A DNA stretch of 59,685 nucleotides, filler included, from Sluysia triapertura (lineage: Eukaryota): NCBI GenBank assembly GCA_046118255.1. It is 5 parts of 5 records of this genome, joined end to end, with 100 filler letters (N's around TTAATTAATTAA, not from the genome) between each part and the next. Parts side by side here need not be neighbours in the genome. Positions count along the whole stretch, not along the records: positions 23,330 to 36,691 come from JBJNIA010044461.1; positions 36,792 to 48,123 come from JBJNIA010185923.1; 3 more parts are not named here. The stretch is one strand, 5' to 3'. The notes under the pieces are model-generated. The model did no database searches. It had not been told where the DNA came from and saw only the letters and a list, made by a program, of their open reading frames with translations. Position 1 is the first letter of the stretch. Each line of letters opens with the position of its first letter. A program made the translations under genes and the position numbers. Below, piece after piece: positions 23,453 through 37,378 of the stretch.

Positions 23453-26227
23453 GTATAAGAGAAATGAATAATGATTACCAGCAAACATTATTTAAATCAC
23501 AATATAATCAAACAAATATTGTAGGATAAAATTAATAATATATTTGTGAAAAGCTAACCAAATTATCATGTAAATGCCTAAATTAAAATCATTTATATAA
23601 TTGAAATTAACTGTAGAAAAATATTAAAAAATGATATTCAAGAAATTATTGTCCACAGTATTATAGAGTGAAAACTAAAAAATAATCCAAAGTTTCTCAA
23701 TAATGATAATAAAATATTGATTATTTTTAAAATTATTTGTGGTATTTTCACCGAAAAATACAATGTTCAATAAATCTGTATCAGACTAGAAATTTCGGAT
23801 TCATAAATAATAAATTGTTTCATTATATAATTTTAATTTATTTGTATTATTCGTGATACGATTTTAAATTGGAATGGTTCATAATATAATTTGGATTTAT
23901 TCGTGAATTTAAGTAGATTTGTAAGATTATTTCAGTTGATTTGATTTGACAATAAACTAAACTAGATTAAATAAATAAAATTGTTGTTAAATATAAATAT
24001 TTAATTACATGTTATCCCATTCTGACATATAATTTTATTGGTTATTTACTTCGTTGTTAAATGTAGAGTAATGTTTTAACGATTTAATTTAATTTGAATA
24101 TACTGAATTAAAAATTTTAAAATAAACCATCATGTATGATCAGAGACATAACTTCATTAACTCAGTATATCTGGAATTAAAAAGGCATTCAATTATAACA
24201 ATAAAAATTATAAAAGCCGCAATAATCTTTTACAAATTTTGATTATACAATTTTTAATAAAATTTTAATCAGCAAACTTTCTGACATGAATTGTGAGAGA
24301 ATAATGGTAACTTTTATTTTAGTTATTTATAATGGGACTCTACTATTCGTTTCAAAAAGGCTATCGAAAATTTTATAAAATACAATTGTCACTGATAAAC
24401 GCAAAATACTGATGAGGCATTTCATAAGTCATTTGTGCCAAATTATACAAAGCTCTTTATGAAGTCTTGTTTCAGCCTTCATTTTTATTGGATTTACAAA
24501 TTATAATTTATTCAAAAATGGGAACAAATTTATTCAAACAAAAGATTATCAAATTATGTTTAGTTATTTGACTTCAAAATTTTGAATTTTAAAAATTAAA
24601 CCTCCGACAAAAAAAAATTTTTACCTTCACAAATGAACGATGATACCATCTACAAATATGTCGTAATCATTTGATTTCCTATTACACAATACAAATGTTT
24701 ACAATGCAAATAAAAAGTAACATCTAAGGTCATTACAAAGATAATACTGTACTAAAAATAGTAAACAGTAAATATTCAAACAAACAAATTCAAGATTAAT
24801 AATAATAATAATAATAAAATTAATAATTATTATTACTAATAATAATTATGATAAAAGCATTTAATGCTTAGTGGTAAGTTTATGTCAATATTTATTTGAT
24901 AAATTTGTATTAGATTTTGATAAATATTTGAACTTCATGAAATTGTGCTGTGTTAGCTCGCCACACTGAATACCGAATCAAACGAGAAAGCAACATCTAA
25001 AATGTAAGGAAATTATTTTATTTGAAAGATCTATTATAAGATCTATTATCTGTTTCTAAGATAATTAAATAGCAAGCCTTTATTTTAAAAAAGAGTGCAA
25101 AAATTTAAGAATATATAGATTGCTTCATTGAGATCTTTTGTAACAAATTATGGACTTCTCAAAGTTTCTCAAGATGAAGAAATAAGTAAAAAAGAGGTGA
25201 TATTGAACTGATACGCTCGAATTGATAAAGTGGAATGCTTATCCATATGAATGGAGATGTTATTCAAATTATATATACTTTAACTTCCCATGTTTAAATA
25301 TACTACTTTGACGTGTTTTTCTTTTCAATTTGAATCATTTTCAAGAATTTTGTTGACATTCTAAATTTTTGTTATCCAATCATTTATAAGGTGGAAATTT
25401 ATTGATTTTATCAACATATATTTCAATAACTAATAACGTGTGTGTTTCGATATTTAAATTTAAAGAATCTCCACTATATTAAAACAAAATTGGATAAAAA
25501 TGCAATAGTTTTCTTACAATCAACTGTTATTCATTTATGAAATGTTAAAGGATGACTTCACCTATAAATAACCTTACTGCAGGCATATTTGTAAGATTTT
25601 ATTAAGTTTAATGTTGAGTTAACTCGTACAATTGAATATTGCTGAAGGTAACTTGTTTTAATTATGTTACAAGTTACACTTATTCTTAACAAATCATCAA
25701 ATATCTTACCAAGCTTTGTCGAAAATCATAATAATTAAAATATTGTACAATATGTGATCTTTTATATAATCCTTTAAACTAGAGTTTTAATATATAATAT
25801 AACAAATGTAATATTATATTTAATTTCATTAAATATTACAAATTATAAAATTACTGAGTCGATGTACAAGTAATTTTAGTAATACGGTTTCACTTTACTT
25901 GTGTATACATAAGAATTAAAATTCATTATATGAAACTGCTTTAATATTTGTTTTATATTAGTGCAATATCAATGTATAACGTTATCTATATATTATATTT
26001 CAATTTAAAATTAATTTTTTGCAACTTTTTAAGACAACTTTATTAATTTAAAATTTAAAATTATATTTAGTATATGATTGTTTATTTTTGCTTCGATTTT
26101 ATTCGATTTATTTTTATTAAAAATATAATATGTAAAAACAAAATTCTGATTTTTTAATATTTGCTCTTTAAAAATTATTTTCTTAATTAAAACAATGCAT
26201 TAAAACAAATAATTAATTGATGAGTTA

Positions 26228-26230
<3 letters not shown>

Positions 26231-26273
<43 letters not shown>
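26231..26273. repeat. (AT)n microsatellite
   Basis: About 21 perfect AT units. Confidence 0.95.
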
Positions 26274-26276
<3 letters not shown>

Positions 26277-26643
26277 CACATGTATATTAATATCAACTGT
26301 CTAATTTTCACAAAATAATTGATAATTTTCTTAAATTTTATTATTTAATTTTTACTTTATTATTTTGTAACTCTGATTTGTTTAAATTATGATTTTAATT
26401 TTAAAGTTAGATTGTGGTGGATCAACTCTTCGCTCATGATTATATGTATCACGAGGGCTACGTGCACATACAGAACTTCATCCCGAAATCATTAAATCGT
26501 ACTCAATGTCCATCATCACATAACATCGATAACGCCTCCTAAATCGTATATCATATAACACTTATATCACCTTTGAAATCCTTCCCTCACCTAAAAAATA
26601 CATTTTTATGCAATATATCTACTAAATAACTCAAAATATTTAG

Positions 26644-27240
26644 CTTAAAGATGTCGTCATTCTTAATGTTATCACCACTGGCACCATTAGTCCTACAGTA
26701 AGCTAAAAGATTATCGAGACTCGATGTTAATTAATTAATTTTTTTCTTTTCCATTTTTATTTCTACTTTTTGTGTTAATTCTAATTCGAACAAATCACTA
26801 AATGGTTGAAAAATTAAAGAATTTATTCATACTGACGGATTAAAATGTATTCATAAGAAACTGAGACAGTTATTACAAAATATCTAATGTTACTTATGAA
26901 AAGAAATTAACCCATTGAAACAGAAAACTGCTTTTGGTAACTATTCAACAAGTAGTAGTCCATTTAAGAAGACATTAGATGAAGTCGTTAAATCAAATAG
27001 TGAATTTAGTACAAATAATAATGTTTGTTAACAAATATTGAATCGAAAGAAGATTTTTTTGCAACTCAATTGATTTATTTAAAGTTTTATTAAACAAAGA
27101 TTTTGTAAGTACATTTAGTCAATATACAACTCATGTTGAAGGCAAAGTCGGTGGTGATTTTGCATTATTCTGTAGTGATGTAACGGAAATATTTTTAGAA
27201 GTCGAAAACAATTCTTGGCAATTGGTGAAAATGGAATCTG
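26644..27240 (+). pseudogene. AHSA1: Activator of Hsp90 ATPase (Aha1) partial, disrupted copy
   Basis: Exon LKDVVILNVITTGTISPT|gtaagc, then KIKEFIHTDGLKCIHKKLRQ (end of N-domain) and IESKEDFF/CNSIDLFKVLLNKDFVSTFSQYTTHVEGKVGGDFALFCSDVTEIFLEV (START-like C-domain). Contains stops and frameshifts and lacks both termini. Confidence 0.72.
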
Positions 27241-29199
27241 AATTTATAAATTTAGAAACTCGATTAAGTTTGCATCATAAAGGTGTGTCGTAAAAGACGA
27301 ATTTATTATTATTGCAAAATTATTTCAATTCAATTAAAATGACATTTGGTTATAGTGGACGGACGAATGTTTTAAAATGCATGTCCATTTAAAAAATCAT
27401 ATCCGTTTTGAAATCCGTTTTACTTTATTTAATAATAAATCAATAAAACTCAATTAAGAATTTTATACTGACCTACATTCCACAATGTTGGCTTTCTCAA
27501 TGAAATTTTATTTTCAACAAAATTACGAATATTTAAATTTAAATTCGAATATTGTGATTTAAACCATTTGTGTTTATAGTTTTATTTGAAAAGGAATAAA
27601 ATGTCTGTACTTACTATTTTTACAAGATAATTTGCTTTAATTTTCTTGTCATTCAAAATGATATTCCGTAATTCAGCATTTTTTGAATAATAACGTCAGT
27701 TTATAATACCTGTTCATTTAACGCGGGAAATAGACTAAATTTTTTAAAAAACACAATATATAAATCTATAAGTATGAATCTGAAGAATCTGAAGTATGGC
27801 ACCTATAATCAAGCCATTGAACAGTGACGTAACTGACGAAGAATTCGCGGAAAGGTTTTGTTTTATGTTTTAATTATTACGTTTAGAAAAATGTCTGTTG
27901 AAGTGTTCCAAGATCATAAGGTAACGATTTGTAACCTGTTTTCAGTTGCAATGGTATTAACTCTTGCTACATTTTTCAATACTCGTACTGTAAAAGAAGA
28001 AACGCGTGCTGTCCCAATCATTCATAAATTTACGCCAAACTTACCTACAAATATTCCATACACATCACAACCTCACCACATTTTATACAGACTTTAAGAC
28101 CTAAAATAGAATTATTAATATATACATAGGCTATAACGATTGATCATACTAGTATCACAGTTAGTTCGCCATTCGCGTTAGTTCCATTCACGTTAACATC
28201 GTTCTGAATAACACTTACAGGCTTTGCGTTACACTTTTTTGTTCGTTACAAATCGTTTCCATAGAATATCAAGAATTATTAAAAGAGATGTCAAATGATT
28301 CAATTCAATGTCACAAAACAAAACCTAGGTATATTACAGAAACAAACATTCAATAAAAACATGAATTTGTGATCAAAAGAGTAACTTTTGCATTAAATAT
28401 CTCTTTACAGAATTTCTTAGAAAGGAATAGTAACCATGTAAAAATGAAAGTTTAAATGTTATAACAAAGAATCAACACGTTTAACTATGACCATATTGTC
28501 TTGAAATTTATGCTAGTGTAAGATGTACTCTCAATTAACAAATTAAATTGTTATATTTTCATTTTTGAAATATTTTCATTTTGAAATAGAATTTTCTGAT
28601 ATGCGGAATAAACACTTTATCAGTATGTTTTACTATTAGTTGCACTGAAAATTTTATTGGATATTAAGACAAAACGAATCCAAATATTTTAAAAGCAGAA
28701 ATCAACCTTACGTTACGATCCAGTATCATGATAAATATATTTGATAATTATTATATGTTTATTTATTATTCAATGTTAATTGTTAATAGTCCAATGAAAG
28801 TAATGCTTAACTTTGAGTTTTGTTTTTTTAAAAATAACCTTTATTCTTTGTGTAATGAAAATGTATAAAATGAAGATGTGATTTTCTTAATATATTAAAA
28901 GAATTCTAAGTTTTAAAAAATTTTGTGTTTTTTGAAAACCAACATTACGAAATGATTCAAATCAATGTTAATATTACTAAGTATATCAAATGTCATTCTA
29001 AAATTCTGAATTCAGTTACATTTGGACAAACTCGATTTCATATTGACAAAATACTTAAGCAAAATTTGACTCTGAAATTTGAAAGGTTATCAGGAAAATG
29101 TAGCGGACTCCCAGTTTCATTTAATCATGAAGACAACAAAGATTTTAGTTCTTAAATTATTGACATCGTCATCGTGTGAGTTGTTTGTTAATTTTAGTA

Positions 29200-29480
29200 A
29201 TAATAATTCAAAATCAATTTATATGATCCTTGTAGAACCACTGAGTTGTACGCAATATATCTATGAATTAGTTGTAGTTTATTTCAGTCTAATACCAGAA
29301 ATTTCTTCAACTTTAGTTCATAATACATTCGATAAATTTTAACGGAACGAAAAGTTATCTCAAACTCGAAGGTACATCTCACGTTGGATTTTCTATGAAT
29401 CACTAGGTCACGGTAACATCTTGATATACCCGTGCAATCATACATCGTTCAATCCAGCAAGCTATAAGATATGATGTCGA
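29200..29480 (-). mobile_element. hAT Charlie/Buster-type transposase remnant
   Basis: TSYLIACWI ... LSNVL*TKVEEISG...YCVQLSGST matches the order ASY..A..IA ... LSN.T..RRI.EIS ... F..QLDEST. Confidence 0.5.
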
Positions 29481-30988
29481 AACTTTAGATTATATATTTT
29501 TGTATTTTTAAAACATAAATTACTTTGCTTACATCGAAACTTTAAGTCGGAAAAAAGAATTACGATTTTATCTGAACACAAAATTCATTGTTCCAAGAAA
29601 CTGTATCATTATTATGTCAGTTTGAAAAATAATTGAGCTTTATTTTGAATTTTATTTTGATTTTTATTTTAAATTCATTTGTCTTTTGAGAAAAGGCCTT
29701 AAACCGATTTTTAATGATTTGAATTTTCGAAATTTAAATAATAATATTAGTCAATATTTTAACTGAGTAAATGGACTTTAAATCCATGCATGGTAATATT
29801 AATTGCTGTAACCTTAATTAATTAATTAATTAAAAACTTAATGCACATTTGAAACTATTAAAATACCCTGGCTATCATAAAAAGGTTGTAGATTGCGATA
29901 AAGCCGACAAAACCTTACAAGCTCATGAAATTTAGATTATAATTTTAGATTATAATTTTTATATTTAGTGATATTAGAATTTACGCTTGTTATTTTGTTT
30001 TTGGTATGAACATAAATGTGAAACATAATTTTAAATATAATGTAAAGTGCAATATAAGAAAAAATTTTTAATAAATTAAATTCTATTGCTTATTAATAAT
30101 AATAAAGAACACAAGAGACAATTTCGGAATTACTTCAAAGTGCTTTAAGTACTGTCAAAAACGTAAATTCCCTCACAATTTTATATTGAAATTTGATTTA
30201 TAAAACATGAAAATGATTTTTAAGTTTAGAGTTGTAAACATTGTAATTAATAAATTGTAAATAATAATTATGGCACTTTGGGAAATTTAGAAATAAGGTT
30301 AACAATGGACTTGATAATCTTTATTGTAAAACTCGAAAAACTATAGACTTATTAAAATTATGATAACACTATAAGTAATTCGATTAATTCAAAGATTTAT
30401 ATTTATGCCAACTGAATCTTTATAAATCGTAAAATTTAAATTACAAATTTGGGCAACTTAAACATCTAAAACGTAACACACATAACACATATTTATAAAA
30501 GGCTTAAATCTGACTTTGTCATTATTGAAAATAAAAATTAAATCGAACAAATTAATGCAATAAGTTTGTAAGACTTTATATGCAACTCCACGTGAATCTT
30601 TTTCGATGAAATGTATCCTCAACTATACCACAATCAATCTCTAATAAAACATCAAACTTTTGCTATTAAAGATTCCAAGAAAATCGACATTTCATTTAAA
30701 ATGTATAAACTCCACTTGTCGTATCGAACATAATTGATAGCCTTGTGATTTATATAAATCATATAAAATAATAGTTCCTTTAATAACATAATTCTTGATC
30801 CAAAAGTGCTACATTTTATTGAATTGTACATGCAGTCAAATTTTAATTCTGTTTCGGAAACTTTTTAAAATTTTGTATAATTCCTATGGTATTGAAGTGA
30901 TATATCTGCCAAAGGATTCAATAATTAATTTATAATAATTCTTTTAATACCTCAACTTTTAATTTACCGTTTTTATAATAGCACTTGA

Positions 30989-30990
<2 letters not shown>

Positions 30991-31038
<48 letters not shown>
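30991..31038. repeat. (AAT)16 microsatellite
   Basis: Perfect tandem repeat. Confidence 0.95.
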
Positions 31039-31039
<1 letters not shown>

Positions 31040-32689
31040 TCTCTGCATAGCTGAGATTATTTGTTCCTAAATAGAAAGCACTTAATTGCGACATAGTTAC
31101 AGTATCATCTGAATACGATGATTTTTCTAGGCCAAATTGAATTGTGTTGTTATAAAATTTTCGATAAATTAAACATTTTTAAAAATAATATAATAAACTA
31201 TTTTTAATGCTTTACATTATTAAAGAATAAAAGAAAATCATAAATTTACTTTAAGTTTTATTACTAGAACTATATTTTATTAATATTTAATTAAAATTTA
31301 AGCTATGTATTTGATTTTGAAGAATATGCGATAATAAAACAAAAAAATAAAGTAATAATTATTCTAATTATAATTATAATATAAATTTTTAATAATTAAT
31401 AAGTAAAATTAATTTAATTAAAAATAATTTAATTTAATATTTATTACAAAATAATTTGATTTAGTGATGTATCATTAATATTAATGTATAATGTAAACGT
31501 TTAAAATGTAAAAGAGAAAGTAAAATGATGAACGAGAATGTAAATTTATTGTTTAACGTATTTATAATTATATTATTTAATTATTTATAATTATATTTAT
31601 GATGGTATATAGACGTTTTGAATCATCGCAATGGGACATACAACACAATTTAAAAATACAATACATATTATGGTATTTAATAATAGATTCTCTTGATGAC
31701 GATTGTGTCAAATATTTACGTTAAGTAAACATATAATTTTCAAATAAGAAAATTAGAGTTTTTAAAAATGTTATTTTCGTGGTACATAATTTTTATTCAC
31801 ATAATTCAAATATTACATTCAATCCACATTTATTGGATACTATATTTAATATACATTTATAAATTATATTATGTTTCGATTGTAGAGTTTTAAAATAATT
31901 GTGCCACACCTTTAACGTCATATTTCAATCATAATACCTTAGGGTGAAGGATTTATTTAAGTACAAATTACTATTTTAAGAGACTTAAAAGAATAAAATA
32001 TAAAATGTTCTCTTCTAGTTATTTTCATCAGAAAATCATTTTGGTGATTAAAACAAATATAATTAATAAATCTTTCTGTAAATAAATCAAACAACTTTTA
32101 TTGTAAACAAAAATATTAATTACTAAGTCCATTATAAATCATCAATATAATTCAACTTTCAAAACTATATTTTAAAAGATTGTGTTTATCACAATAAGAA
32201 TACAAATATTATTTTATTAAATAAGTAATGGTAGTAAAAGCAACATTTCTTGAATCGAAATAGTTTTAATATTACGCATTTAGGATATAAGAAAAATTAA
32301 AAAAATTTCATACTTAATTTTCATTACAAAAAATAGAAATTGCATTTATGTAAAGTACCTTCCAAGGTAAGTGTGTCTTATTACTATAAATTTAATAAAC
32401 GTTTAAAATAAATAAAAATTTACTTCCATATTTACTTTCAATACGTATAAAATCATTTAAAAAATGGAAAACAATATTTTTAAAAATAAATTAGATTTAG
32501 ATTACAATAAAAATTAAACATATGATATAAGAGGTAATTATTTATTGAAAATATCATCCACACCAAGTTAAATAGCAAATCTTAATAAATCAGGTGTTTT
32601 CTTGGTGCATCTTACCGAGAAAAGTTTTAATTTTGCTAAAAAGATAGACAACTAAGATTTTCAAATTCGATATTCTCTGAGTAATGTAC

Positions 32690-33545
32690 TTAGGATACAT
32701 TTGAGTTTATATGTAACACGGGACTCTGTCTGGATGCCTAACAAATGAAATAAATAATAGACATTTCATAAAAACTTTTAAATTTTAAAACTGAGACTCT
32801 ATTTACACTCTCAGCGGTTTCTGTCCTGTAATCATCTGAAACTGCTACTTCTAGCATACGATTTGATCAGCATCAACGTTTGGATTTTGTGATCCACAAT
32901 TTCTGAGAACGCTGGTATTGTACGCACAACAAATTTTTGAATTTTGCTCCTGGAATTGGACAAATGTGTCATCATTTTTCTCTTTTCAATAAATACGTGC
33001 ACTGTTTCTTCTGATTCATCATTTTGTTACTCTCTAAAACACATTTGAAATCTCTCGAAACTTTGAATTGCTAATAAAGACCTACTTTTAATTAAAATAA
33101 CTGAATATACAAAATGTTAAACGATGTATGTACTTGAACATTTTTCAAAAATCCCTCATTCACTACCGAAACGTTGGAAGTACTTCATTACCTAATATTT
33201 ATCTACAAATCAGTTGAAATCGGTATTAGTTAAAAGATTTTAGTACTATTAACAAAACTTTTGCAGATTTAAAACATATTAAAACTGTAAATAAATACAT
33301 TTAATTTTTATGTTAAAACGTAGTTGGATACAACTTTTGAACCCCTTACGTGACTAATAAAATATTTTAATAAACCTCCATACCTAATACACTGTGGTAT
33401 GTATAAAAAATGTGTACATAACACATGGATGTGTCGCGATAATTATTGTTGATAAATATGGGAAGTTGAGCAGCAACAGCACATGATTGTATGGGATTAG
33501 TCAATGCAGGAACGTATCGGGATAGTCGCGGAAGGATTTAAATAA
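32690..33545 (-). pseudogene. Decayed multi-exon gene of unknown identity
   Basis: Four GC-richer segments, most with AG/GT borders. The first is open (LPRLSRYVPALTNPIQSCAVAAQLPIFINNNYRDTSMCYVHIFYTYHSVL|gtatgg). Later ones carry stops or frameshifts. Confidence 0.4.
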
Positions 33546-35011
33546 ACACTTTTTATTTTCACTTTAATATTTAATTCTAAAAAAGAATATAAATTCCTAG
33601 AAGGAAAATTTCCAATTAATTTTTAATTTTTTCATTTATAAAAATACCTACATTTTAATAATCAATATATTTTAATTAAAAATTCATTTGAAAAACCATT
33701 TGATGTTTAAAAGACATACTTTGTATTTCATATTTTAATGATTTTATTTGAAATGGAATAAAACATTTTTTCATACTAAAAAGGTTTAAAAACTTTACGT
33801 AGCACTGATCGCTTCTTTCAATTATTTGTACTTTTACATATATTTTTTTAGAGTAAATAATGCGTAATTTTTATTTCCACATAGTTTATATTAAACTGAT
33901 TTTTTGGAAATAAAAGTTTGTACCTTATGAAATAAATATAAAGAAGAATTATTAAATATTCATATTTTTGTTTAATTTTAAATTTTATTCAATCTTGCAA
34001 TATGTGACAAAACAAAATATAGAGATTTTAGTAATATTGCATCACTATTTGATAAAACAGACAAGCAACCGAAGCTACAATGACATTAACAAAGTAATGA
34101 TGCTATAACTTTGAAAAATTTAAGCTTTGAAAGTCCAAACCACTTAATATGCATCAATAAGGATTTCTGCAGAAATTAATCCGCTACTAATCAATGGTCG
34201 TAAATTATTTATTTTCGATAAATAAGTTTAAATCAATAGTACATAATTTAACTCGAATACATCCTCAAAATATCTTAGAATTAAAATTTATAAAACCATA
34301 ACAGGAATTCAACTATATAAAATTTTTTTCAAGAGAATTGTTTGGTGTGATGGAAATTCGCATATATACTTATATGAAAATGGTAAACCCCAATTTATAA
34401 TAACAATCAAAACTTTTTATAAAAATCTTATGATTCCACAATTATCCAAGCTATGATTGGCCTATGCTACTACATAAAACTACAGTTGAATCATAATATG
34501 GACACGGCATAAGAAGAAAACAAGATATAAAAATTTTGGTCGCCATATTGGAAAACTTTTACCGATCAATATATTCATCAAGGCAGGTTTTATTTTTGCT
34601 ACGTTATTTATTCCATGCTTTTTTGGTAAGTTATTTACGATAAGATGAAATTAACTCTAGGAGCTTATTTTTTAAACTCCAATTTACTGAGAGTCAAAAT
34701 CATTTTTAAAATTTATTACATCATTACAAAATTAAAGATTTTAGCAGGTTTGAATTGCAAATTATTTATATTTTTTTGTTATTACTCTATCTTTCTATAC
34801 TTCCTGTAAAAATATGTATTATTTGTCTTGTAATAAACCTTAATTATTATTTTTTATTAATTGATTTTGTGAATCACTCACTATTGGTAAACATTTAATT
34901 TTTAACGCAAAAATTTATTTGTAGTGAATTAATTAAAGAGCCAAATCACATATTTTTATTAGTAATTTAAGGTGTTTTTTTTACATTTACAAAAGTATTA
35001 ATTTTAGAAGT

Positions 35012-35102
35012 TACAGATAAGCCCACTTCACGTCATAAGTCGTGTACTGTAGCCTGACCCTGTTCAATTTTATTTTGCCGTAGATTAAGAGTTAAAAAAC
35101 AC
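35012..35102 (+). repeat. Interspersed repeat, copy 2 (see 14924-15017)
   Basis: Shared TAAGTCGTGTACTGTA core and TTTATTTTGC..TAG. Confidence 0.65.
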
Positions 35103-36691
35103 ATTAAAATAAATATATTGTATTCTTATTCATTTTACTCTATAATTTTGTACATTTTTTATTAAAATATCAGCAGAAAGTGTTTCACTCATTTTAGAAG
35201 CAATTCTGAAAGTTTATATTAAAATAATTAATCTATTTTTATTATACTAAAGATTAAACATAATGCTATTTAATTAATTTTAAGATGTTCATTTTATTAT
35301 AAATCAATAAACATTGATTTTTTAAAATACATTAAAATGAGCAATTTTATAATAAAATTTATTTATAAAATTTTATTTAGTTCTAATTTTACTTATTATT
35401 TTACTAGTTATTTAAATTGTTTTTCTAACAAAAAGCTGTCTAAATAAATTTGTACAATTTGTATATATTTTTAATAAAAAAAGTTTATTTAGAGTGTTGT
35501 TATTTTTTTAAAGATTTGCATATAAAATTTATGCGCAAAAAATAATTGAAATCATTAAAGAATATTGATTAATTTGCAAAATAAGAATTAAATCGAAAAT
35601 AATTTAATCAATTAATAATAATTTTTATTATAATTTATGACAAGGAAAAATAATTATTTATAATTTTAAGATTGGTGAGTTCAAAGTTATATTATAAACA
35701 ATATTAAGAGATATTTTTGTAATTTAAGAAAATTTAAAAATATGACATATTTTTCTGTTGAATTAACATTTCTAATGTTTTGTCATTTCTTCATTTATAT
35801 ATTAACTAAACTTTGAATTATAATTAAATTGAAATAAATTTTTATTTTAAAAAATGTTTTTAATTTTATTATATCTTAATTTTATTAACAAAAACAATTT
35901 TCAAAAGACCTAAAAGGTAAATAAATTTAAACATATTTTTAAAAAATTACAGTTAAATAATAGTAAGTAATAATAAAGTATTTATTAATTAATTTTTACA
36001 TTCGTCAACATTTTCATTTTTAATTTTTTTAAATTTAAAAATTTGGGCATTTTTTTCCTTAAATGTTTTTATAACAATAATTATTTAAAACCAAAACATA
36101 TTTTATAAATAATTAAATATTAAAATGTAAAAAAAACACAAATTATAATTATGAATAGTATTATTGTATTATGTTGATTAAATAAAGCAGAAAATAAAGA
36201 TTTATTCTCAATATATTTTTTGAATATTTTTTATAAACCTGATACTACATAAATACATTATGCTTAATTTCTTCGATTCCGTCTAATACATTAGTTTTAC
36301 TACATTTTGCTTTCTTTTTTCATCGGATTTCTATATATGATAGTTTAGTGATGTTACAAATGCAACAGATATTTTTCTCTTTCACAAAAATTATTTTTAG
36401 ACTAATTACTATATTAATTTAAACTTCATTCATAATTATAAAAACTTTTTACAATATGTTGAACACTAATATGCAAAATAAATTTGAAAAATTATGTTGT
36501 TTTTTATATTTTATATTTTTATTAGTACAATATAATTAATCCTGCTAACGAAAATATATCAAAATACATAATATTCATTTTTTAGATAAATTATCAATTT
36601 GAAAAAAATAATCATTATCTAAAATAATTGATAATGTAAAAACAAAAGTTTATTTATCCAGTCAATAAATTATTTGATGATTTTTGTTAAA

Positions 36692-36791
36692 NNNNNNNNN
36701 NNNNNNNNNNNNNNNNNNNNNNNNNNNNNNNNNNNTTAATTAATTAANNNNNNNNNNNNNNNNNNNNNNNNNNNNNNNNNNNNNNNNNNNN
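36692..36791. other. Artificial scaffold-joining spacer
   Basis: N44-TTAATTAATTAA-N44. Confidence 0.95.
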
Positions 36792-37069
36792 AACCTAAAG
36801 GAGAGCAAATCACCGAGTGAAAATAAGACAGAACCAAACCGAGTAAACAAATATCAAAAAATAAAATACAACATAATAAAAAATATATAACATAAAGAAT
36901 TAAAATTTAATTTTGTTAATTTTTCTCTATTTTTGCTAAAGAATTAGAACTATTGTTTTCATAATATTTAATTTATAAGAAACATAGCAAAATACATTTT
37001 GTTATTAAAAAGGTGTCTATTTTATTTATGAAGTTTTTTTTATAGTAGCATTATAATTTTTTATTAAGT

Positions 37070-37132
37070 AGGGAGCGCCAAAAATAAATTTGTTGAAATG
37101 GGGGCACAACGTAAAAAGTTTGTACATGCCTA
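37070..37132 (+). mobile_element. Possible hAT element 3' end
   Basis: GGGGGCACAACGTAAAAAGTTTGTACATGCCTA resembles Charlie-type AAAAAGTTTG...CCCCTG termini. Confidence 0.4.
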
Positions 37133-37282
37133 ATTTAAACAATACTTCATAAATCACTCTTTCTATTTGTCAATTATGAATTAATGTCACATTTCAATTA
37201 TTCAATTTTCAGTTGATTAATAATTAGGACATGTTTTTGAAACATAATTATTCAATATCATATTTATCAACCATTGTTAAAA

Positions 37283-37348
37283 TTATAATTTATATTGTAC
37301 ATATACATCTATTTTATAATTTATATTGTACATATACATCTATTTTAT
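37283..37348. repeat. 31-bp tandem duplication
   Basis: TTATAATTTATATTGTACATATACATCTATT twice. Confidence 0.9.
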
Positions 37349-37378
37349 GGCAATATTGTACAAACTGAAATTACTAAC

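Noticed and set aside
29813-29833. TTAATTAATTAA-like run resembling the assembly spacer
   Set aside because: No flanking Ns. It is a natural (TTAA)n low-complexity run.
36792-36860. LFTRFGSVL as the next SLC22 exon (minus strand)
   Set aside because: Resembles ARIGSIL, but I found no acceptor AG or preceding G.G motif in phase.
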